A stretch of DNA of 64,000 bases, from NCBI RefSeq assembly GCF_031769215.1, contig NW_026781942.1:3348001-3412000 (forward strand), in the 5' to 3' direction. Below are positions 50,440 to 61,900 of the stretch, one piece after another. The stretch's first letter is position 1; every line of letters starts with the position of its first letter. The translations under genes and the position numbers were made by a program. Under the pieces are notes generated by a model, which was not told the origin of the DNA, did not search any database, and saw only the letters and a list, made by a program, of their open reading frames with translations. Origin of the DNA: Ylistrum balloti (lineage: Eukaryota).

Positions 50440-51690
50440 TGGAGTTTAGGGAATGGTTTGTATTAGGGTTGGGTTTCATGTTCGGGGAAGGGTTTGTATT
50501 AGGGTTGGGTTTCATGTTCAGGGAAGGGTTTGGATAAGGGTTGGGTTTCATGTTCAGGGAAGGGTTTGTATAAGGGTTGGGTTTCATGTTTGGGGAAGGG
50601 TTTGTATAAGGGTTGGGTTTCATGTTCAGGGAAGGGTTTGTATAAGGGTTGGGTTTCATGTTCAGGGAAGGGTTTGTATTAGGGTTGGGTTTCATGTTTG
50701 GGGAAGGGTTTGTATTAGGGTTGGGTTTCATGTTCAGGGAAGGGTTTGTATTAGGGTTGGGTTTCATGTTTTGGGAAGAGTTTCTATTAGGGTTTGGTTT
50801 CATGTTTGGGGAGGGTTTGTATAAGGGTTGGGTTTCATGTTTGGGGAGGGTTTGTATAAGGGTTGGGTTTCATGTTTGGGGAAGGGTTTGTATAAGGGTT
50901 GGGTTTCATGTTCAGGGAAGGGTTTGTATAAGGGTTGGGTTTCATGTTTGGGGAAGGGTTTGTATAAGGGTTGGGTTTCATGTTTTGGGAAGGGTTTGTA
51001 TAAGGGTTGGGTTTCATGTTTGGGGAAGGGTTTGTATTAGGGTTGGGTTTCATGTTTGGGGAAGGGTTTGTATAAGGGTTGGGTTTCATGTTTGGGGAAG
51101 GGTTTGTATAAGGGTTGGGTTTCATGTTTGGGGAAGGGTTTGTATAAGGGTTGGGTTTCATGTTTGGGGAAGAGTTTCTATTAGGGTTTGGTTTCATCTT
51201 TGGGGAAGGGTTTGTATAAGGGTTGGGTTTCATGTTTGGGGAAGGGTTTGTATAAGGGTTGGGTTTCATGTTTTGGGAAGAGTTTCTATTAGGGTTTGGT
51301 TTCATCTTTGGGGAAGGGTTTGTATTAGGGTTGGGTTTCATGTTTTGGGAAGAGTTTCTATTAGGGTTTGGTTTCATGTTTGGGGAAGGGTTTGTATAAG
51401 GGTTGGGTTTCATGTTTTGGGAAGAGTTTCTATTAGGGTTTGGTTTCATCTTTGGGGATGAGTTTCTATTAGGGTTGGGTTTCATGTTTGGGGAAGGGTT
51501 TGTATAAGGGTTGGGTTTCATGTTCAGGGAAGGGTTTGTATTATGGTTGGGTTTCATGTTTGGGGAAGGGTTTGTATAAGGGTTGGGTTTCATGTTTTGG
51601 GAAGAGTTTGTATTAGGGTTTGGTTTCATGTTTGGGGAAGAGTTTTTATTAGGGTTGGGTTTCATGTTTAGGGAAGGGTTTGTATCAGGA
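50440..51690. repeat. G/T-rich 36 bp minisatellite A, ~35 copies
   Basis: Unit agggttgggtttcatgtttggggaagggtttgtata. Degenerate copies extend left to ~50250. Confidence 0.97.
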
Positions 51691-51719
51691 ATGGGATTTC
51701 ATGTTTAGGGAGAGATATG

Positions 51720-52607
51720 GGATCAATGTTAGGGTTCATGTCTAGTGATGGGAATGGACCAGGGTTGGGGTTAATGTCTAGTGATGGGAATGGACCAGGG
51801 TTGGGGTTCATTACTAGTGATGGGAATGGACCAGGGTTGGGGTTCATGTCTAGTGATGGGAATGGATCAGGGTTGGGGTTCATGTCTAGTGATGGGAATG
51901 GATCAGGGTTGGGGTTCATGTCTAGTGATGGGAATGGATCAGGGTTGGGGTTCATGTCTAGTGATGGGAATGGATCAGGGTTGGGGTTCATGTCTAGTGA
52001 TGGGAATGGACCAGGGTTGGGGTTCATGTCTAGTGATGGGAATGGACCAGGGTTGGGGTTCATGTCTAGTGATGGGAATGGACCAGGATTGGGGTTCATT
52101 TCTATTGATGGGAATGGATCAGGGTTGGGGTTCATGTCTAGTGATGGGAATGGATCAGGGTTGGGGTTCATGTCTAGTGATGGGAATGGATCAGGGTTGG
52201 GGTTCATGTCTAGTGATGGGAATGGACCAGGGTTGGGGTTCATGTCTAGTGATGGGAATGGATCAGGGTTGGGGTTCATGTCTAGTGATGGGAATGGATC
52301 AGGGTTGGGGTTCATGTCTAGTGATGGGAATGGACCAGGGTTGGGGTTCATGTCTAGTGATGGGAATGGATCAGGATTGGGGTTCATTTCTATTGATGGG
52401 AATGGATCAGGGTTGGGGTTCATGTCTAGTGATGGGAATGGACCAGGGTTGGGGTTCATGTCTAGTGATGGGAATGGATCAGGGTTGGGGTTCATGTCTA
52501 GTGATGGGAATGGACCAGGGTTGGGGTTCATGTCTAGTGATGGGAATGGACCAGGGTTGGGGTTCATGTCTAGTGATGGGAATGGACCAGGGTTGGGGTT
52601 CATGTTT
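51720..52607. repeat. G/T-rich 36 bp minisatellite B, ~25 copies, related to array A
   Basis: Unit agggttggggttcatgtctagtgatgggaatggacc/atc, near-identical copies. Confidence 0.97.
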
Positions 52608-52894
52608 GAGTGAGGTGGATAGGATCTAGGCTAGGGATTCCAGTTTTAAGGATTTCTATGTATAGGTATGGGTGGTAATGGAGGAGTAATTCCTACTAGT
52701 CATCATACCCTATGTAATCTTATTCAATCACAGAAATGAGAGTGGTGGGTGTTATAACTGAATACAACTTGCCAGCCTTCCTGTACGAGTTAGCTCTTTA
52801 CGAGGTATATATTTGTAGACACTTGTGTATTATATATGTTTTGGCAATTACAGGAAAATTGTTAAGGTAGCATTCATCCTTCAGTTAACTCAGA

Positions 52895-52931
<37 letters not shown>
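52895..52931. repeat. (TA)n microsatellite
   Basis: Seen directly. Confidence 0.95.
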
Positions 52932-55900
52932 AACCCTAGATTTATGTTTTTTTTATTTCTATGGGAGGGTAAATGTTAAGTAGTGGAATAAAACAGGAGA
53001 CTGTGTTAGTTTTCAGTAATTTGATTCTTATTTAGATAGACCTGTACAGATAGGTAGATAATTTTATACAAAAGGGTGGGTCTACTTCAGATTACAAGGA
53101 TGGGATTAATAACCGAGAAAATATATTATCTTTATTGATTTTAAAATATTGAAATGTATTTTTAAAAATCTGATACTGTCATAAGAGATCACACATGATG
53201 ACATGTTGGTGGCAGTTTTGATAAGGACACATCAGGGTTCTGAGCAATACAAACTAAAACCTGAAGATTCATGTGGTTTGTTTATGAATGAAATACTGAG
53301 AGTATTTAATGGAGAAACATGTGTATTCTGGTTATCATCTGCCAAACAGTTCTCCCTTCTCAGGGATTGAAGTCAAACTTCAGATTTGACAGACTGATAT
53401 AGAAAGTTCCATAACTTTGATAACAACATAATGCAGTCATATTTTCTTAATTAATTTTCTTTCCTCATTTTGATTTGAAAGGAGTGTCCAGGAATCTGTT
53501 GCTGATGTCATCACTGGGTCACACTATTCCAGTTTTTTTTTACCTTGTTACAATCTGCCTTCGTGTTTGTCTCCATCTCTGCCTTCTTGTATTTGTAATA
53601 TATTCTATATTTTCTGTTGGAGTTTCATTTTCAAAGTAACCTTTGTCTGCTTACAAACATCAGGAACACATTTTAAAGATTACTGTGTTGCAATTCTGTG
53701 TTATTGTTTCAATCACGGTCACGTTTGTTTTCTTGATTCTAAACATTTAACTTCCAGATTTAGGGTTGGTTTAGTGATCGTATCCAAAGTGTTTACTTAG
53801 AAAAAAATAAATACCTGCTCTATTTGTCTGGTATTCCTTGTAGGCTAGGCAGGGTTTTGATTTGAAGGATTGAATGTTGTATAATGGCTTTTGTCCTGCT
53901 GGAATAACTAAACCAATGCTAGACTTGAATATTTCCTACAGAGCAGAATTGAGGCTTTGTCTCTCTCTTCAAAATGGACTAAACTTCAATTTGATGCACA
54001 TTTGCAGGCATTTACCACATGTAAAGATTTATGTTTGACATAACTTCAGGGCATTTACCTCTTAGCCAACTGAACTGGATTCAATCAATCATCACTTGGT
54101 TGTAGGTTTTGTTCCAAGAACAGTAAGGTTTTTGTATTTAATTGTTGGGTGGTTTCCATCGATAAAAAGGCAAACATTTAAGATTCTGTTGTTGTCCAGC
54201 AGAGAAGGTAATGCCAGCATATGATTAATACTGATCTTGTTTTTAAAGAAGATTGTTCCTATGAAATAGCATCCTGAGATCCAGTATCATTTCTCTGCTG
54301 GAAATTAGTGAAATATTTACATTTCTCTGCTTCAGATGTTAAATGGCCTATTTGTGTCAGTGCTGTATTTTGAAAGATATTGGTCTTGTTGATTTCGTTC
54401 CAGCTGACTGGTGGAGTGTTTATATGTGCCACTTATAACCTATTGACTTCAGAAAACTTATAATTTTTCAGGACCTGTTGCTAAAGAAACTGTTTCCAGA
54501 AACTTTTTCCTTAAATCATTTGACAATCTCAGTATCTACTTATGTTGTTGAAATCTGTTTCAGAACTATAACAAATACCATACTTATCCTCCAGTAAGCC
54601 CTCTCCCTAGTGAAAATGTGCAAAAACTTAAGAAGGGGCTTATTTTCAAGCCTATTTGCAGATAGAAATAACAAAATAGAAAATACTGATGAGGAGCTTT
54701 TTTGACTTTTAATTTGTTTGCTTAATTGATCACACTGTGATCAGCTAGTGTCATTTTGGGATCGGATCTTTTTGTTGAGTTGATATTGCCTTCACTGATC
54801 AACATATGGGAGGCCCATTCTGTGCTATCATTAGGTATATAACGTACACTGTGTTATTTTCTGATGGTTACAATATTTATCTTTACCAGTAGATTTATAT
54901 CTATTTAGCTGATGTTGATTTCATCTATCAGTTTTTAATCTACTATGTATGTTGCATACTGATATTAAATAGAATGAGGAATGTGCTCTGCCATCAAGAG
55001 CCAATATGTCATTAATGATTGTCAGTAGTGAGTTGTTCCTGCCTGAAGGAGACAGAACAGGTTAGAGTTCTGATATAACCATATTATGTAATGTCAGCAG
55101 CGATATTTTGTCACTTGGTGACATTGATGTATGAACACTCACCTTAATTTCTTTGTTTTGTATGATTTTTATCAAATATTGATACAGATTACTGCAAATA
55201 AGTCTCGCTGTGGATGCTGAAAGCTTTTTTGGTGGAGACTGTAATGACTTGCTTAGAAAATTTACAAAAATCCTGTTGCCCAGGGGAGTAATTGGGTAAA
55301 GTGTCATAAAACATACCATTGTGTTGTTCCCCATTCGGAATCAATGTAATTTCTTTAGAACTTTGAAACAGATTTGGTTCATGTTTACCCTATTGTATCG
55401 TAATATCAGATTCTACTTAAGGTTTTCATTAGTCACAATTAAAAGTTTAAATGTCACATCTGATGTCTTTTGCAAATCCATCAAACAGTTATACTTACCT
55501 GCATTGGAATGGTGTCATTCAGATCATATAGGCATTTTCTAATTTTCTTAATGTGTATCATTTTAGCTCTATTTTTTTTTCTTCACTAGTTTATAATTAT
55601 TAAAGGAATTATTTTTTATTGGCACCTACCAATCGTCTTGAGCCAAAACATTTGTGATTAAGTTTGATAGATTAAGTCTTTTTGTGCATGGTTTTAGTAC
55701 ATTGCTCTGACCAGTGGCCAGGCAATTTGACCACAGGCTAAAGCCATCATTAAGGTATTTGATTTCTTTTCTATGTTGTGTTGTATTTGAATGGGATTCA
55801 TATTCTGACTGATCCATCTCACACACAGATACAATAATGAACAGCATCCCTCCCTGGTCTCCACCAGGTATTAAATGGCTGCCAACAAGCCCTCCTGCCC

Positions 55901-56429
55901 AGACACCTGGTAAAGCCATTTACATGTGCTGGGTGGTTTTTATGCACCAATTTCACAGGAACACAGAGGGAACATTTGACCTAAGGAGGGTCATATGGCC
56001 AGCATTGGACAGAAGATACGGTCGATAACCTGGTATAGTGAAGGCACTAATAGAATCCCACTAAATTTCATATGTTTCATATCAAAACTTTCACAGAGTT
56101 GAATATCAGGACCCATTTTTGGATAATAGGCAGTTGGTGCTAGAGGTAATTAGGAGAAATCATCTGTCTATTTGCCAACTCTTAGACAGGAGACATTAGT
56201 TCCTGTCTGCAAAATAATCTTTCAGCTTCCTTTAATTGATCCTATCAAATAATTGTTTTACATTTGTGAATTGTAGGCTTAATGCCATGACTATTTACAG
56301 AGTTATTGGCCTTTCCAAACTTCTTGTGGACAATCAAGTAAGCCAGCAGAATGTAAGTTATTTTTTTCTTCCAGTCAAAAGTATGTTACTTTATTCAATA
56401 CATGTATTGCAGACTAAAACTTCAACCTG

Positions 56430-58930
56430 AATAATAAAACATGAAATAGGAACATAATAGAAAACATGAACCAGAATCATAAAACATCAATCAGAACATA
56501 AAACATGAACCAGAGTAATAAGACATAAACCAAGAACATGAAACATGAACCAGGAACATAAAACATGAACCAGAGTAATAAAACAAGAACCAGGAACATA
56601 AAACATGAACCAGGAACATAATACAAGAACCAGGAACATAAAACATGAACCAGGAACATAAAACATGAACCAGGAACATAAAACATGAACCAGAGTAATA
56701 AAACAAGAACCAGGAACATAAAACATGAACCAGGAACATAATACAAGAACCAGGAACATAAAACAAGAACCAGGAACATAAAACATGAACCAGGAACATA
56801 ATACAAGAACATGAAACATGAACCAGGAACATAAAACATGAACCAGGAACAGAAAACATGAACCAGAGTAATAAAACAAGAACAAGGAACATAAAACATG
56901 AACCAGGAACATAATACAAGAACCAGGAACATAAAACAAGAACCAGGAACATAAAACATGAACCAGGAACATAAAACATGAACCAGGAACATAATACAAG
57001 AACCAGGAACAAAAAACATGAACCAGAGTAATAAGACATAAACCAGGAACATGAAACATGAACCAGGAACATAAAACATGAACCAGGAACATAATACAAG
57101 AACCAAGAACATAAAACATGAACCAGGAACATAAAACATGAACCAGAGTAATAAGACATAAATCAGGAACATGAAACATGAACCAGAGTAATAAGACATA
57201 AACCAGGAACATGAAACATGAACCAGGAACATAAAACATGAACCAGAGTAATAAAACAAGAACCAGGAACATAAAACATGACCAGGAACATAAAACATGA
57301 ACCAGGAACATAATACAAGAACCAGGAACATAAAACATGAACCAGGAACATAATACAAGAACCAGGAACATAATACAATAACCAGGAACATAAAACAAGA
57401 ACCAGGAACATAAAACATGAACCAGGAACATAATACAAGAACCAGGAACATAAAACAAGAACCAGGAACATAAAACATGAACCAGAGTAATAAAACAAGA
57501 ACCAGGAACATAAAACATGAACCAGAGTAATAAGACATAAATCAGGAACATGAAACATGAACCAGGAGCATAAAACATGAACCAGAGTAATAAAACATGA
57601 ACCAGAGTAATAAAACATGAACCAGGAACATAAAACATGAACCAGAGTAATAAGACATGAACCAGGAACATAAAAGATGAACCAGGAACATAATACAAGA
57701 ACATGAAACATGAACCAGGAACATAAAACATGAACCAGGAACAGAAAACATGAACCAGAGTAATAAAACAAGAACAAGGAACATAAAACATGAACCAGGA
57801 ACATAATACAAGAACCAGGAACATAAAACAAGAACCAGGAACATAAAACATGAACCAGGAACATAAAACATGAACCAGAGTAATAAGACATAAATCAGGA
57901 ACATGAAACATGAACCAGGAACATAAAACATGAACCAGGAACATAATACAAGAACCAGGAACAAAAAACATGAACCAGAGTAATAAGACATAAACCAGGA
58001 ACATGAAACATGAACCAGGAACATAAAACATGAACCAGGAACATAATACAAGAACCAAGAACATAAAACATGAACCAGGAACATAAAACATGAACCAGAG
58101 TAATAAGACATAAATCAGGAACATGAAACATGAACCAGAGTAATAAGACATAAACCAGGAACATGAAACATGAACCAGGAACATAAAACATGAACCAGAG
58201 TAATAAAACAAGAACCAGGAACATAAAACATGACCAGGAACATAAAACATGAACCAGGAACATAATACAAGAACCAGGAACATAAAACATGAACCAGGAA
58301 CATAATACAAGAACCAGGAACATAATACAATAACCAGGAACATAAAACAAGAACCAGGAACATAAAACATGAACCAGGAACATAATACAAGAACCAGGAA
58401 CATAAAACAAGAACCAGGAACTTAAAACATGAACCAGAGTAATAAAACAAGAACCAGGAACATAAAACATGACCAGGAACATAAAACATGAACCAGGAAC
58501 ATAATACAAGAACCAGGAACATAAAACATGAACCAGGAACATAATACAAGAACCAGGAACATAATACAATAACCAGGAACATAAAACAAGAACCAGGAAC
58601 ATAAAACATGAACCAGGAACATAATACAAGAACCAGGAACATAAAACAAGAACCAGGAACATAAAACATGAACCAGAGTAATAAAACAAGAACCAGGAAC
58701 ATAAAACATGAACCAGAGTAATAAGACATAAATCAGGAACATGAAACATGAACCAGGAACATAAAACATGAACCAGAATAATAAAACATGAACCAGAGTA
58801 ATAAAACATGAACCAGGAACATAAAACATGAACCAGAGTAATAAGACATGAACCAGGAACATAAAAGATGAACCAGGAACATAAAGCATGAACCAGAATA
58901 ATAAAACATGAACCAGGAACATAAAACAAG
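56430..58930. repeat. ~2.5 kb A-rich composite 20 bp minisatellite (~125 units)
   Basis: Units such as aaccaggaacataaaacatg, aaccaggaacataatacaag, aaccagagtaataaaacaag and aaccagagtaataagacata, with large internal block duplications. Confidence 0.97.
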
Positions 58931-61900
58931 AGAGAATAATAAAAAAAACCTCTGTATTTAGAACTGAATTGTTAATTGAACATCAGCATAATGCATTTAA
59001 GACAATCTGCCGAAGACATAAATAAATCTTGGATCCAGAACTTAAGGATATTTACCGTAATGGTTACAAATGAGCTGCATGGTTTGTAATGCAATAGTGT
59101 TGAGGGAGGAAAACAATTATTTAACAAAATGTCTGACTCATCCAGACAAGATATGGACTACCTGGTAATTTGATATAAAAACATTTTGATGGATGAATCA
59201 AAAGTGTTAAATCAACAGTGATGTTAAAGAATGATGTGTCATGTAAACAAATCATTATCTTTCTTCTAATTATTTGTGTTACTCTAGGTTTCTTGGTGTT
59301 TGGTTGATTTGTATTTTTAGAAGCAGAGGAGGCTGTATATTGTTTATGTGAAGTTATGTGGTGAATTACGGTAATACCTAGATGTTATCTGTTACTACAG
59401 CTGACAGCCCATAGCTTTGTATTATATAGTAGCTTAACAGAATTTCGATTGATTTTCTTTCGACTATAAAGAGGTTACTTTTTTCATATATGTTCTACAC
59501 TTAGTCTGATCAGAGAGGAAAAAAAACAGAAATTAAAATGGAAGAAAAATCTATATTGTCCACCACATACAAAAAGAAAAACAGGATATTAAAAAAAGGG
59601 AAAGTTGTTCTTTCATAGCATTCAAAGTCGAAATCAATCATTCTGATACAGGGAGTACAAAACAATATTAGACATCCTTTATACCATTATAGTATATGGT
59701 ATTGTGGTGGGGACTGGTGTCTCCTAAGGATTATTCTCAGGCATAGAATTTCAGTAGAATAAAGAAATGGTAAACATCTTTATACATGTGTGTTCAAAAT
59801 CCATATTTTTGTTTTTGTTTTTGTAGTCGATAGTGCACTGTTTATATAAACCAAATTTCTATTGAAGTCACCGGATTAATTGTGCATACTATGTATTTAA
59901 TTGTGTTAATTACAATAATTGTGTTCATAACATGGAAGATCAGAACGGTTAAGATAGCCATCTTATGTTAAATGTTTCATACTGCACAGTACAGTGAGTA
60001 CAGATGAATCAGATTGATGCTGGGTCGTACAAACGTTTTACAACCACCTAACATTGTACCGTTTGGCATGTGTATAAAAGGCCTGATGCCTGCTCATGAT
60101 TCCGCCACTTGGATTCATGATTTTCACTAAAGATATTGATTTCTGACCCGAGTTTTTACAATTTATGAATGACACCTACGGCAGAATATCAGAGCATCAC
60201 TGCAATGTGGCGATCGCTCAGGCATGCGGAAACCGCCAATCACCTTGGAGATCGATTTCAATTTCTTGTGTTGTCGTGGATAACTGATCCTGTTTTAAAG
60301 TTAACCACTAAATGTTAATGGAATGTTCAAGTTTTCGCTTCCCTTAATTAGATGTGTTTTAAATGTAACAGTTGCTCGCATAGAAATCACTTAAAATGTT
60401 GCAGAAAAATAGATTATAAAAGAAATATATTTGAAATACAAAATCCATGTTAAAAATAGCAAATCTGAAATAATAATGTCATCATTTGAAAATAGATTGA
60501 TATCTGCATATCAGTTAATGTGCAACATAGAATAATCCTTTCACTAAAAGTGAAATCTTTATATTCAGAAAGGTAATTCTGATTAAATTTCCCTAACAAG
60601 ATTTAATAATAAGTGTTTTAGATAAGATTTTTTGTGTCTTTATAAAAATAATTTCCCATGATTATCATGTAGGTTCAACTAGTTCATTTGAAATTGGGAC
60701 CAAAAAAAAAATGAAATAATTAAATTTTTTTACATGTTTTTTTAAAAAAAATTTGTGCATGCTCTTTATTCAAATGGTAACATGTTATGTATATTGTTAG
60801 TTCAGAGATAGGTCTGTTCTGGTAGCTGATGGGATCATTTTAGGTAGTGGTTGGTTTTAAGTGGGAAATTCACCAAAGGAAGTCTGCAGTGAATATTGAA
60901 TCCCTAAGGGTAAGAAAATTGTGGATTTGTGCCAGGAATATTGACTGAATACAGAATGTTATAGGTTTAGACATTTAACTTGATCTGGAACCATGGACAT
61001 CACGACGCCTCTTATTATCACAAACCTGGAGTTTGTCGCAGTGTTGCGGAACTATTTCAGCATCCAAGTAGTGTTCTCAACGACAATATCATTGTCGTGT
61101 AAATACCAATAGTTTCAGCAAGTGGGAACCTGTCTGCTGTGGGATTTCACACTGCTGCCAGAGTATAGACTTAGTGGAGGATGAGAAGGGCTACGGAGTA
61201 GTGATACTCTTCATCATTTAAATATTAATGGATCCTAAGTCAGCTAACCTGGAAACGTATTATTAGTGAAACGATTTCTGGATGCTGCTTTTTCAGTCCT
61301 CATTCCGGCAGATGCAGGTTTTGTACATTATGTCTGTGTACTGGAGTGTTGTGTAGTCGGTGATTAGAGATGGACGGGTGAAGAGACTCAAGGTGTGTGT
61401 GTAGCGACTGTGTTGTGTCCATGTGTATCTGTGTGCTGACTGCATCTTCAAAGACACTAACATACCAAATTGTACTATTATTGTGTCGCATAATACTTAG
61501 GTCAGCTGATACCATGTACTGTCTCTGTATACCTGGATTAGGCCTATAATTTACAGAGGTAATATTCTGATAGAAATATCTGTCAATGTTATCTGTGAGT
61601 GAATATATCTATCTATATATATTCCAGATTAATAGACCATTCATGTTGTCTATCTGATCCGGCTCATGTTATTAGAATGCATGTTTACTTAAATGCAAGT
61701 GCATTACAGGAACAGAATTTCTATTGCACATATCTATAAATAGATTGTCATCACAGAACTTGATTATTTGAATCCTGTATTTGTAAGGAAAGCTTGAAAG
61801 CTTCGAATGAACATTGACAGAGGAATCTTTGCGTAAACATTGTATCTGACCAGTGATGTTTGTTAGCAAACAAATTAGCACGGGTTTGTGGTCATTGAGA

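Noticed and set aside
50440-51690. Interstitial telomeric sequence (TTAGGG present)
   Set aside because: TTAGGG occurs singly in a subset of 36 bp units and never as tandem hexamers.
50396-52629. 270-310 aa repeat ORFs resembling shell-matrix or silk-like proteins
   Set aside because: They coincide exactly with the 36 bp arrays and are open on both strands, with no signal peptide or unique domain. Kept only as a de novo possibility in the findings.
56477-58929. Up to 638 aa hydrophobic Cys-rich ORFs on the minus strand
   Set aside because: All three frames are open because the repeat lacks the complements of stop codons; compositional artefact.
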